DNA from: Rhodosorus marinus CCMP1338
Taxonomy: Eukaryota > Plantae > Rhodophyta
Length of the DNA: 248,000 nt
Assembly (NCBI GenBank): GCA_029953675.1
Contig: JAMWBK010000004.1
Coordinates: 1,012,001-1,260,000 of the forward strand
Direction of reading: 5' to 3'
Shown: positions 122,368-135,007 of the stretch, one piece after another
How positions within the stretch are numbered: position 1 is the first letter of the stretch
How the letters are laid out: every line of letters begins with the position of its first letter
Notes under the pieces: model-generated
The model's database searches: none
Told to the model about the DNA's origin: nothing
Seen by the model: the letters and a program-made list of their open reading frames with translations, nothing else
Translations under genes and position numbers: made by a program

Positions 122368-125300
122368 GCCCCGCCCCGGCTACCAGAGGCCCCCGAAATA
122401 CTCAAAAAGATCACTTCCAAACTCAATAATATGACACATACCTAAGGAGTTCAACTACCATCTAGTCCCAATACATAACACACTTTTCCCATCCCTCCCC
122501 CCCCCTCTCCGCCTCTCCTCCGAAAGCCTCCTCACCACCACCTCCTGGAAGTCCTTTGATACGAACGAATGGTTTAATCGGAGGCTGAAAAAAGAAACCC
122601 CGAGGGGAAAAAAGACTAAGCGCGGCGAAGTACTCGCGCCTCAAACATCAAAGCGGCTGATAAAGGCAAGTTCTGCTCTGATGTCGAGCAGAACTTGCAA
122701 ATCTCTTTCGAGACTGTTGTGAATTCGAAAAAAGCGAAAGAATCTCAGCTTCGAAAAAGAAATTCTTGTTTGGGGACACAACGTCTCACTGTAGGACTGT
122801 GACCCGACGTAAACATATTTCATAATCTACGCACAGATTCTTGATTATAGAACCTGATGAAATGTTTCCAAATAAAAAAAAATCCCCGACAACAATCCCC
122901 AGATTAAATTGCGACTTCAATATTTAGATGAAGAATTCTCATTCATTCTGTTCACGGCATTGGACTCTCTCCAATTGTCCCCAGAACCGGTGGGGTACCC
123001 CGTCTGTATTGATCCTTACGTGCTATGTACCTACAATTCACCAAGTACTCGATCGGGTAGTCACCAGTCGGACGACGAGGACGAACGATACAGTTCAATC
123101 AAGTTACGATCGTTTACGCTACTACGTACCGGTTATCTACTAACTACCTACGATACTGCTCTATAAACCAATTGATTTCCCCTAGTACCCCGCAGGGATC
123201 CCGAATGGCCTTCCCGGCCAAACATTCAAAACCTCCAACCCAGGGATGGTAAAACCATGGTGAAAGATTTTAAGGGTGGTTTTACCCCCCGGTTTGGAGG
123301 TTTTGAATGTTCGGTCTTAGAACGCGTCTTTTTAGCGCAGTTTAGTCTTCACTACAGATTGATCGTTGAAAAATATTTAATTCAATATCTATTTACGGAA
123401 AGTTACCCCAGATATGTGTTGTTTTGCAAAGGGTACAGATACCCTGAGGGGGCAATGGCAGAGGCTCTTGGGTGTTTGTCGACGAGGCGGTTGGATGGGT
123501 TGGATGTAGCTAAGGATGCTCCTTTGCTTAGCAACGACGATATACATGCTTTTAAAGCTATGAGTTAAAGCCCTAAGCAATCCTGGAATGCAGGTGTGTT
123601 TGGATCCTCGACGAACAAAGGAAAGCGGTGCAGGGGCCGTGTTGTCGTCGACAGTTTTGCCATCTGCACGGGAATGCCGTAAGGACGTTGGAAGCGTAAT
123701 GAGCGGCCAAGAAAATAATCAAGTACTGATAAAGCTCTCATGCTGGAGCTGCGAGATTGTAAGGATGAGCAGGACAAACGAGTCGGGATCCCTCTGGAGG
123801 GCGGAGGTACGCGGATAGCGCCACCCCAGATGCCTTTCTCCATTGCTCGCCAGCCAGCATTGAACCCGCAACAAAAGGCGAGTGAGTACCTTGCGCTTTG
123901 AATCATCGTACTCCGCGTTCTTCTTGACCTCCTCTCAGCGATCTAGCCGATCGATGGAGCAGTTAACCTCTCAACCACCGCTGAACATCCATAGCACTGT
124001 AGCACACAACCAGATCGTTCGCGCACATCACTAGTTCGTACGAATGCACCGCGACCCAGTTCATGGAGGTTTTCCTCATTTCATGCGCTAGTTGAGCACC
124101 TCGATATAGCAGTGAGGGTTCAGCAGACCACATGCCAGTGCAAAGTGGTCCCCCTCTGAAGAGTGTATGCTCTAAGGAACCATACGCTACAGCGTTCGGT
124201 GGCGGTTTTCCTAACATAGCCTGACCCGCCGCGCACCTCGTAATGAGAAATAGAGGCCGTTTACTTCAACCTAATATTGGGCTGGGGATGTGCAACAAAA
124301 TCAAATTGAGCTCGGCGAGGGAAACCCCAGAGCGTGGTACAATACTACATTCTACGGGAAACATTTTCCGGTCATTAGCATTTGACGCATGGCATGGACC
124401 GTCAAGCGAGCCGTACCACTCCATACTTGTCGATTCAAATCCAGTCGCGCGAGGGCTTGTGGGTCGGCGTTGCGCTCTTCAAGTTCCGCAGCTTTTGTGA
124501 AGAAACATTTTGCGGCTTGCCCAAGTCTACAGAAGCCCTTCCACGGCGAAAGGTACAAATTGGAGGTCATTGGGATCGCCGATGGCATCACAAGATTTAG
124601 CTCGTCCTTTTGTTTCAGCGCTGGCAGCGGCGGCATAAGCGACTTGATGGGCCCGTAGAGGGAACTCCACCTCAGCATCAAGAAGATTCCGCTTACAGGT
124701 ACGATGACGACCAACAACAACGTCTGTTTGGAGAAGGCGGTCCGAAAAGACGTTGCTTGTGAGGGCTCAGCATGAGTCTCACCGTGTTAAATGACGCAAA
124801 AGTTCAACATTAGGAATGTGATTATGTCTCGAAGTCCAATCTCCGGCCGATGTTGAGCAGTGGAAGCGTTGAAACCCATCCTGAGCATGGGGATTGGCAA
124901 GTGCCGACATACGGGTAGTATCTGTAACTAAGTACTAAGAACCAAAGAGCGCAAATCAAGGCGGTGGTGGCGAACCTCTGCTAGCATGCTGCTAGAATAT
125001 CGCCATAAAGGGATACTGAACGGGCGAAGGAGTACGAGATACTCTGCAGGATGGTCAGTAGAACAACATTTGCGCAGTCATTCCAAGCTTGACTTTTCAA
125101 GATGAACAAAACTCTCCACACTGAGAGGCTGAAACCTTTGCGACCTGTCATCAGCGCAGGGTTCGCTAGCCCTTTAAACCGATGAAATATAGAGGGGACG
125201 GGTAGGAGGAAGATACGAAACCTGCAGGGAATTTCACACGACGGCGGCTTGATGTTTGTTTTACACGTTTTTATTGTCTGCAAAATTTAGGAAGAAGAAG

Positions 125301-125440
125301 GAAAGGGGAAGCGTATGTCTGTCTGCAACCTGCGCGGGAGAGGCTAAACTCATTAATAAACTCGTCGCCGTGAAAGTCAATCGGTACTGACTGCCCCTTG
125401 AGAACGGCGAGCATTCTTCGGCAAGGGAAGGTCTGGCCAC

Positions 125441-126811
125441 CTACGCTAGAGGGCGCGTGCCGCACTGTATTTCAACCTTGCTGTTTTCTTCAGAATTGCT
125501 GAATACTCCCTCGAGCTTGACGTTGGCAGTGACCGCGAAACCTCCCCCGTAGTCGTCCCGGCAGAATTGTACTAGGGTGGATCCACCATCAGCGCTGTTG
125601 TGGGAGAAAGTCCCCAGATTGTAGTCGACTCCCTCAACATTCAGGTTAAGATCTTCCACAGATATTTTGGTGTTCTCCCCCGATGCTGCCTCAGCTCTAA
125701 TGAACAACTCACAGATTTCGTGTTCCTTAACATCACCCGTAACAGGGTCTATCATACTATTATTACTGGTCCGCGGAAGTCTATGCATCTGCATGGAAGT
125801 ACAGCCCACAGAGTTTTCAACAAACCCCTCAACCGACTTGCCCGATTCATCGTAAGAAAGGGTCAGGGACATTGTGCTCGTGATAGGCACGTTGGCGCCT
125901 TGAGCTCGATTTTCCGGCTGGTCAATGTCCCCAAAGCCGGTAAAGACGGTTTGAACCTCGGTCTCCGTCGACTTCCTCAGATTTCTTAGGCGTATGCCCG
126001 CCCCCTTCACGTCAACATAGCATGGTCTAGGGCATGTGACATCGATGCCTAGGATCTTCCCGGGCACTTTCTCACATTTTGCGGTCTCTCCCGCCTCGCA
126101 CAGTACCGTCAGTCGCTCGAAGGATGCTGAAATGAACTGTGCCTTGTTCGTACTTGGAAGCCATCTTCGGCAGTCCGGCGTCTTCTCGTTCTCATACCAA
126201 CCTCTGCATTTGAGGTCGCGAGTGAACTCACAGGAGTCCCCGGACGAAGTTACAGCGACCTCGCAGGTACTGCATTGTCTATTGATGCGATCGGGTCCGC
126301 ACAAATCATCATCACCAATGCTGAGCACGGCACCATCCGGCAGCTTACTCTCCAGCTCAGCCTCCAAGTCTGCATTCCAGCCCTCGGGTACCGTGCAAAG
126401 TCCACATTGACGTACTCCATCAATTTCGCAGCATTGCAAGTCGTAGCTTTCTGTCGACTCGGCTTCGCCGGGGCCGTCGTAGCATTGATTGCAGCTCTCG
126501 CCAGTGCAATTTGGGAAAGTCTGGATGGAATTGCATTGTTCATCACAACACTGGGTGCAGATCTCCTCCGGGTCGGGATTCGGCAGACCAATCTGCCCCC
126601 AGTACAAATCGTCACAATCCTTGTGGAAGTTCACAATTACGGGCTCGCAAGAGTCGTCGAGGATGCAGGTGTCTACGCAATTGAACTCGTTGCACGGCTG
126701 CGCACTTGTCCAATCCCACGCACCAAGCACAAACATCGGCAACACAAAAAGCAACCCCACCCGCAACATACCGGCTATCATTTCACTACTAACTACCTGC
126801 CAGGCAAACAA
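125441..126811 (-). CDS. Secreted Cys-rich hypothetical protein
   Basis: Signal peptide; clean 456-aa ORF, Cys-dense N-terminal half. Confidence 0.72.
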   Translation of the reverse strand: MFAWQVVSSEMIAGMLRVGLLFVLPMFVLGAWDWTSAQPCNEFNCVDTCILDDSCEPVIVNFHKDCDDLYWGQIGLPNPDPEEICTQCCDEQCNSIQTFPNCTGESCNQCYDGPGEAESTESYDLQCCEIDGVRQCGLCTVPEGWNADLEAELESKLPDGAVLSIGDDDLCGPDRINRQCSTCEVAVTSSGDSCEFTRDLKCRGWYENEKTPDCRRWLPSTNKAQFISASFERLTVLCEAGETAKCEKVPGKILGIDVTCPRPCYVDVKGAGIRLRNLRKSTETEVQTVFTGFGDIDQPENRAQGANVPITSTMSLTLSYDESGKSVEGFVENSVGCTSMQMHRLPRTSNNSMIDPVTGDVKEHEICELFIRAEAASGENTKISVEDLNLNVEGVDYNLGTFSHNSADGGSTLVQFCRDDYGGGFAVTANVKLEGVFSNSEENSKVEIQCGTRPLA

Positions 126812-129763
126812 AAACGCAGTCTCCTTCGTCTGTCGCCCTGCACAACGCCGTCACTCCCATAACCATTACTACCACTGCATCCGAATCCTGTCCACCCTTA
126901 AACGTTTCCCACCTCCACGAAACATATCTTTCAGACCTCATTTTCTTGACTTGCAACAAGTGCGTAAGCGGATGTTTCTACGTCCTTGACGCCTCACCTA
127001 TCCCAGCCCCTTTCACGAAGACACTTTGGTGCGGAGTGACCTGTTTTCCTGTCTCCACCGAACGTTTGATCTGGAGCAACTGTCAAATTCAAGGCCCCTA
127101 GTCCTCATCGAAGGACAGAAACTGTCAGATTTCCACCCCTCAAACCCAACGATCTCCTGAAGCGGGAAAGGGGTGGGAAGGCAGGAGAGAAAATGTTTCA
127201 CAATATATGTGTATGTGCTCTCGATGGACCCTCCACCCTCTTTACTTTGCAAGTACTGTAAGAGTTTTTGCCCGCGGACTTCCACTTGATCTGCAGGAGA
127301 GCTCCATCGCCCTCTCCGCGGAGTCCGCAAAAACGTTCTCGTTCGTACCCGTTTAAGCTTTCTGTTGTGACTTTGATGTTGGAGGCACGATATGAGCAAC
127401 TTCCAGGAACCTTTCCCTTTTATCCCGTCGTGTTTTTTCTTTCTTTTTAGTCTCGGGTTATAAATTTCTTTGCGACTCCGCAAATTGTAGAGCCTTAGGC
127501 CAGCCCTACACCAGGATTCTTGAACAAAAACCCTTGGGGAAGTCGCGAACGGTTCGAAGGCCGCCGCAGCACAACACAAACACTTTCAGAGCACCAAAAA
127601 CCAAAGTGGACGTGAGGAACGGTGCACCTGAAATTCGGATTAAACGAATACATTCAATGTGGTCAGCAATGTGGGACGAATTCTATTTTGGGCACCATTT
127701 TTCTTGATTCCACTCTCCGAAATCGCATCATATTTTACGGGGGATGTTTGAAAACAATGAAAAAACAATGAGCTACCCTATTTTTTTGTTAGAATACTGG
127801 AATGTAGGGAGTTGGCCAGTGAAGAGGGTAGGTGGTACAGGGATTTTGTGCACTGCCCGCCAGTGGTGGAAGGCGGGGGGTGAGTGGCGATAGAGGGTTT
127901 TAGGGTTTGGTAACGATCGCTGATCTTCCACTGGGATAGATGAGGGGAGCTGAGGCTCGAGCTGGAAAGAGAAAACCAAGATCTGGGTGGGCACTTGTCT
128001 CTGTTATGCCTGTTTTGTCTTTGGCATCTGGCCGGCTGAGTGCTCTCGAGGCGCGATGGGTAGACTATCCTCACCTGGGATCGCCCGTTTTAGTTCCTCG
128101 CTTCCTAGTTCATACTACGCCCGGTGCTGTACTTAAGGCTATGCTATCAATATTAGTATGTACGGGCTGTTTTTCTTGTATGAGGCGTTTTCTAATAACG
128201 CTACTAAGTTATCCGGGACTTTTCAATAACCACTGCATCCACCTCAGGTACACGAGTCAGCCTTACCATGCTCCGAACCAAAATTACGGCAAAACCTTTC
128301 AGGTTTCTGGTGTAGTGTTCTAATGCTGCTTTAGTTTTAGAGGCCCGTTTTCTGGGTTTAATCCAGCCTTCTTCCTCTCAGGATTTTTGTCTCTGAAAAA
128401 ACGATGATGAGAAAACTAGAAAAAGTACTTCTGGATCATGGGTGAGGATTGGTGAATCACCTCGAACGGGTTGCTCTTGGAGCCAGCGATCTGTGGCTCA
128501 ACAACCTCAGAAGCTGAGTATCAGTATTGAGCGACATGCTTACCACTCAACGTGGATCTCAGACTGGAAGAAAGCGACAGAGAACGCAATCAGCAATCAT
128601 TAGCTTGATGTGACAATGATTGCGTTTATGGACAACAAGCGTTGGAGTCTCAAGGAGATAGCCGAACGTCGCGGACCGTTTGGCAGAGACTAAAATCTGC
128701 CAGTACTAAACTACCGAAAACACAACCTGACGCTCTCCGAAGCGGGTTTTTTAACCTATCAGCTCCCCTTATCATTAAGAAACCCGTATGAATCAATCAC
128801 GAGCGGGAGTCGACGGTGCGCATGGCAGATTCCCGGAGTTCCTCAGTTCCTCCTAGTTCGGTACTAACGGTACAATTATACTGACAATTATACTAACGCA
128901 ATCACTACGGTACTCACTGTCAGCCGGGACCAAACACTCAACCCCGGGAAGGATGTAGTCCATCAAAGTTAAAATCATTTTTAATAAATATATTTTGAAT
129001 GTAATTTTCTTCTCCTAAACCCGTAGCGAGTTTTCGAAGGGGGTGGTTGTGGAGTGGATATATTTGCAATGGGAAAGCTCGACTGAGGGGGTGGGCAAAG
129101 TTCGTCACGAGCTGCCGAAATGCTTTCAACTGCGACCCCTCTTGGAGCGTTTCAGAATAGGGATTGATAGAATTACGAACAAAATTCAAACGTTTAAGAT
129201 TGGAAAGAGCACGCACGCCTATCCTGAGGCAAAGCAAGATGTTCTCTTGAACAAACCGCGCAAGTTTTAATTTGGTCGTCTGAGCAAGTTTCTCCGAAAC
129301 ATACATGACTCACGTAATAATTGGTCCGCTTTCTGATTGCTGGGCGTCTATTATGCCTAAAAGATTGCTTGATTTAGTAGGAGAAGTTAGTAAACAACTT
129401 TTCTACGTCCTGACGATGAGGTATATATAGCTGCGTTGTGGAGAAGTCCATAGATTTTCAGACGTGTACTACGCAAACGATAGAGTACTATACGCTTGCT
129501 CTGCATGCAATGAGATCTCCTTATCGGATGCATCGTAACAAAAGAGGAGGAAAAACATGTTCGTGATCAACAGCGTACCGTCTGGAGTTTGATTTTGGGG
129601 CTTGATCGACGTCCCAAAGTCCGTGAAAAAGGTTTGAGCTGGTCAAGATCATAATATGCTTTATTCTATGTGCAATGCTATGATTCATGTGTACACTGTC
129701 TGTTCATGGGAAATATTCTGCTAAAGGAAACACGTAGAAGTCTCAAGTTCAAGTGCTTTTGTC

Positions 129764-131824
129764 TTACTCAAGGGGAATTGGCGTTGGTTCAGGCCTCAGG
129801 AATCCTGAGTCGTCGCTCGGCTTGCAGGGACCTCTGTTCTTCCTGTTTGCCAGGACGCAACAGGAGGAACCCTTGCATTGGTCTATCTCCACAACGACTG
129901 AGGTAGACCAACCGCCGCCGTCAGGGTAGGAGACTGAGACCTTCGCAGTTTTCCTGCTGGTAAGCTTCTCGAGGTTGTAGTAGACGAGAAAAGTTCCAAA
130001 GTAGTCACCGTCGCCGAACTCCTTGTATCCTCCGGCAACGTCGGCGCTGAAGGACTCCGGTGAGAGACGAACGTCATTGATGTACACGTCGGGTTTCTCG
130101 GCCGTTCCGAACGGTCTAGAGTGAGAGATTCGAATGGCCGCGACACCGCCGCGAGTGCTCGGGAGGTCCCGGAAAAAGTAGTGAACCTTCCTGTCCCGCA
130201 AGATACCCGCCGGGAAGTCTGCTTTCTCGTTCTCACTGTCCCTCACGGACGATGTGTAGTGTCTGGACCTCTGGACCTTCCTGAGATCGCGAGATCCCGT
130301 CTTGAACTCGACCTCGATCACGGTCATCTCGAACCTGTCCAGGGTTATGGTCTGTGGAAGCTTGATGCTCGCACCCTGCTCTGCTTTCTCGGTTGTAATC
130401 GTCCAGTTCACGTCTCCCCCTACAACGATGTTCTGGCGTTTCTCCTCCGCCGTGACCCTTTTCTTGTCAATTCGAAGTCTACGGACCTCGAAGCCTCGGA
130501 GCTGCTCCCTTCCGTAGGGAAACTCAAACTTGACTTCCGCCTCTATGTCTGCAAGGTTCTGCATGATGATGTATCCCCTCTTCTTAGTCGCCATGGCGTT
130601 GACGCTAAGGTCAATATTGTCCGAGTTCGAGTAGACGAACTTCCCATCCATACCCTTTAGAAGCTCAAAGTACCTCACAAGGTTGGAGAACTCGACGCTG
130701 CCGTCATCCTTTTCGTGGAGAAGACTCCATGGGTAGGGGTTTCCATTCTTGATGTCCCTCTGTGCCTGGGTCTCCAGGTTGATGAAGGTGATGACCTGAA
130801 GCAGGTTGTCGGGGATCTTCATCATCGTCATCAGGACTTTCATCGCCTCGCTCATAATCGAAAAATCTCTCGAAGGCAGGTGTTTAGCCGCGAAGCCCCT
130901 ACCACGGTTGTACCAGGAGGCCACATATTGTCCCATCTCACTAACCAAGTAGGGCTGTGGCTTTCCGTCCTCACTGAGCATGGCGCTGTAGGTCTGAACA
131001 AGATCGAGGTTGGCCTCACCATAGGAGCCCCCAACATTGTAGACGTGCTCGGAGATGAAGCCTTGACACCCGCCCTTTGCCGCAGTATCCATGTAGACCT
131101 TCATCCGACTCCTGAACATGTCAAAGTTGTCAAAGGACGGGCGTACGAACTCGTTTGCCGGACCACCGGTCAACATCTTTGTGTGCTTGTTCACCTCCTT
131201 GCAGAGGTCGGTACAGAGCTCGGATACCCTCGTGATATACTCCCGCTGACTCTCTCCTTTATTCCTGAGTTTGGAAAACTTTCCCATGGGCTCGTTGAAA
131301 CACTCGTAGTAGTCGGGAAGGAGTAACTTGTCGTCGAAGAAGTACCTGAAGAAGAAGCCAGCGTACGTGATGGCCCTCGAACGCGTCTGCTCGTTCTCAT
131401 CGATCTCCGGGATCTTGTGCGGGTCGTCAGTGACGACACGCTGCTTGCTGAGGAATCGAAACTGGTACTGGTCACAGTCCTCGCATCGCTGATCTTCAAG
131501 ATCATTTTCTCCGTCGATCTGTACACTGGATTGAGTTGTTCTCGCCGGGAACGTCGCCTCCTTGAACGGTCCTCTCGTTGACCGACTGAAAGATACGTGC
131601 AGTTCGGTGGTCAAGTAGTCCATCATATCCCGAGGAACAACCTTTGGACTCTTCTTAAACGAACCGTGTCCATTGACGTACTGCCTCCTCGAAAATTCTT
131701 CAACCTCCCCTGTCCGAAGGGTCGTCCCGAAGTCGACCCTTACATTGGCCTCGTAGGACCTGAGGCCCATGACACTCGAAAACAGTGCCACTAGCGCCAT
131801 CAAAAGCACGCTCCAAACCTTCAT
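129764..131824 (-). CDS. Secreted GH86 beta-porphyranase/agarase-like glycoside hydrolase, copy 1
   Basis: Colinear with my recollection of Bacteroides plebeius BpGH86A: YYECFNEP (acid/base E), RMKVYMD, YLVSEMG (nucleophile E), ELLKGMDG, RISHSRP..KPDVYIN, YPDGGGWS. Confidence 0.82.
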   Translation of the reverse strand: MKVWSVLLMALVALFSSVMGLRSYEANVRVDFGTTLRTGEVEEFSRRQYVNGHGSFKKSPKVVPRDMMDYLTTELHVSFSRSTRGPFKEATFPARTTQSSVQIDGENDLEDQRCEDCDQYQFRFLSKQRVVTDDPHKIPEIDENEQTRSRAITYAGFFFRYFFDDKLLLPDYYECFNEPMGKFSKLRNKGESQREYITRVSELCTDLCKEVNKHTKMLTGGPANEFVRPSFDNFDMFRSRMKVYMDTAAKGGCQGFISEHVYNVGGSYGEANLDLVQTYSAMLSEDGKPQPYLVSEMGQYVASWYNRGRGFAAKHLPSRDFSIMSEAMKVLMTMMKIPDNLLQVITFINLETQAQRDIKNGNPYPWSLLHEKDDGSVEFSNLVRYFELLKGMDGKFVYSNSDNIDLSVNAMATKKRGYIIMQNLADIEAEVKFEFPYGREQLRGFEVRRLRIDKKRVTAEEKRQNIVVGGDVNWTITTEKAEQGASIKLPQTITLDRFEMTVIEVEFKTGSRDLRKVQRSRHYTSSVRDSENEKADFPAGILRDRKVHYFFRDLPSTRGGVAAIRISHSRPFGTAEKPDVYINDVRLSPESFSADVAGGYKEFGDGDYFGTFLVYYNLEKLTSRKTAKVSVSYPDGGGWSTSVVVEIDQCKGSSCCVLANRKNRGPCKPSDDSGFLRPEPTPIPLE

Positions 131825-134800
131825 TTTTGATTCTTTTGTCTCTTTCTTTGTATTCTCTGGTGTTATCTCTGTATACTCATCTGCCGTCCTCACAACCCAA
131901 ACGGGATCCAGTCGCCGGTGACTGACTTCTTATAGTTGACGTTCCAGCCTCCGACCCCATTGTCGTGCGCGATGACGACAGTAAAGATTATTGATCATTG
132001 CAGAGTGTTTTGGACTGTAAGGTTCTCCCCACATAATGCATTGATGAAAGAAAGCTAGTTTTGGAGTTGGGCAATTCAACCCTCGACGAGGGCTCTAAAC
132101 AACTGGGGCAAGTCTACCTGACTCTCAGCTGAAAAGGAAAGACAGAATATTCGTCCCGTTGATGGGACTTAGCACAGCCACAGAGTCCCAGTGGCGCTTT
132201 TTTTTACAGCGGTTGCCATCAACCCGGTAGGATGTTTTAAATCCCTACGTGGGTGTCAGCTGCAGGAGGGTGAGAGCAGCAGGATCAAAGCTTTGATCAA
132301 CTCATCGCGTTTTTCGACGAGGAAAAAACGCAACGAACCCTCGACTATCTCGCCTAGCACGGGACGTCGTAAAATTATTGCTTTTGGTGTAGCGCGACTA
132401 TCGACCCCAGAGGTCGATAGTCACGATCCGCAGCTCTCCCACCCCTCACTAGTGCTGTCAGCATCATGGGGAAAAGTCTGTTCTACCCACACCCACTGCC
132501 CTCCCCCCGCATGTCTAAATCTCGCCCCTCAATGTAAGTACTCAAACCCACAACAGCCTCATTCACCCCCTTCTTATCCTCATCCCCAATGGTATGCGAA
132601 AAGCATGGAGAGAGAAACTTTGCGGACATGGATCCATCATCAAACCCTCCCTAGCTTTGAACCATTTTCTAACAACTCCTACATAACCACGTGTCCTTAT
132701 ATTCTAATCACTGAGTAATCATTGGTTATTGACTAGACCAGGAGGGAACGCGGAATTCAGAGAGCTAGTTTTAGGACAGCCCTCTCCGCGTTTCGCGTTT
132801 GTCCATTCATATATAAGCACGTGTTTTACATTATATTTCCATTTTTCATAAGTTGAAATACAAGAATGGTTAGAATCAATACATTATGAGAAGCAAGTGT
132901 AGTTACCGTCGAACACTGCGCCGTGCCCGAAAACAGACGAAAAAAAATAATATTTCATTTTTTTGGCCTATGGTCTCCATTTTCTGCGACGCCGACCGTC
133001 GGCAAGGAGAAGTGGGGCAAGAAACTTCCTTTTTATGTTTATAAACTTTTTAAAAAGGAGAGAAGAGATCGCGAAGCTGAAAAACACAAATGTTTTATCT
133101 ACGTCCACGAATTAAGATGAAAAGTTTAAGAATAATAAGTCAATACTACCAATCGCAGATAATTACGTTGGGAGGGATACGATATGGTAAATATATAGTA
133201 TTATTCAAGATGCTAATTTTCGGAATGCAAAGACCGCGCGGAGGAGAACAGTTAGTTTCGATTTTAGCGGGAAAAATCCGTTGAAAAGGGTACTAAAGAA
133301 ATCGGGCCATTTGAGTTTCTTTTCTCTAAACGATGGTCTTCTCCTCCTTTAGGCTAAGAAGATCAAGTGCGGTGGTTTCACTAGATCAAATGTAGTGTAA
133401 CTGTTCTTGGGGCTATTAAGCGTAACAACTTGACGCTATCTAAACTTTAGATCCTGTTGTACAAAACTTTTTCCTGGAAGTGGTTTTATGCTTGGTTAGT
133501 GGCTTGCCCCTGCCTCGTTTACCGCGCATCGCTCAGATTTAGCACTGCTTTCTGTTGCGGAGCGCACTTTGTTTTACGCCCCAACGCCCTGACCATCTAC
133601 TTCTCGTTTGTCTACCCGTCTATGCTTCCTGAGGTGGCAGATGAACGCTGCTTTGATGTCGGGAATTGTTCCGCGGACGCCCTGACCGTCCGTCCTCGTT
133701 GTTTACCCGTTTTAAGTTTCTTGCTGCGGCGTATGAACGCTGAGTTGATGTTGGAGGCGGGCGTAGTCTATTTCTCCACTCGCCTTTTTTTTTTTTTTTC
133801 CGGTCTCCGATGAAACAAATTCATTCAACTGATGGGATACAACCTCGCAATTTCATAGGCTGGACGGGACGGGCCGGGACAGTGTAGTATCGGGAGGGCA
133901 TTATTTCCATTTCCTCTTGAATTTTGAGGAATTTATTGGGACAAAAAAGAGCGGAGTTCGGTGAGGAATTTGTGATAAGCGCGAGGCCTGCTGTTCCCTC
134001 GGGAGATAGGGAAGGGAATGGGAGGAAATTAGACCGAGCGGGCAAAAGGCTGTGCTCGATCTGATAGTTTCCGGTGTAAGTTTTGGAGATTACGGTTGTA
134101 TATCTGGCGTATGGGGCGAGTGGCAGGCTTAGCAATGCATGGGATCGGCTGTTTGAGTGGTCTAGGATTGCGAAGTCGCAAAGCGCTCGCCACCAAGACT
134201 GCTTAAGTAAGGTGCCAGCGTTTGATGACTCAGCAATGTACGTGAACATGAAATTTGTTGACGGTCGGCCGTCAATGCTCTGTCCATGTGAGACAGAAGT
134301 CGGGTAGGCTTGTTTCGAGTCCTACTCTCCTTGAGCAGAGTATCCTAGTAAAACTGACTGTGCTCATGCAGTACCTCGAGATTACTGAATCGTCGGAGTC
134401 AGGTTGAACTGGAAAATCGCGAATGAATTCGGATAGCGGAGGGAGGGGCGAGAACCCTCGACCTCGAGGGCTCTAGCCTCTACCTCTCGTCAGTAGGCGC
134501 ACGTCCAAGATTTTCACTCTTACTGGGATTTTCGTGCATTACCGCTCCAGGCACAAATTGGACAGTCCCTGGGATGAGAAGGAGAAGGTTCAGAGGGGCA
134601 TAGAGTTCCGGCTACTATTCGAGCTGGCTTGGCTTCATGCGAATCGAAGGATGCAGAGGTTAGACTCTTGCAACGTCATATTGGAGGATGAGAGAGTGGA
134701 TGCGTCGGTTGGCGCTTCTTCTTGCGTTCGTGTTAACATATTTCAGGCTTTGGTAAAGGAACAAGGGCCCATTTACCTCGGCAAAGAGTGAGATGGTACG

Positions 134801-135007
134801 GAGTCACTCGAATCCTTTGTAAGTCGATAACATAGAAAATCTCCGAGGCGGTCAAGAGGCGAGCTGTTTACATGGTCAAGACCACATTTCTGCTTTAAAT
134901 TAGAAGCCAAAAGGAACTGTTGGCTATGGTTCATATGGGCACCGCATGTTTCATGTGAGGTACTCAGTATCCAAAATTCACACTTCTGCCTGACGTAGCA
135001 CGTGTAC

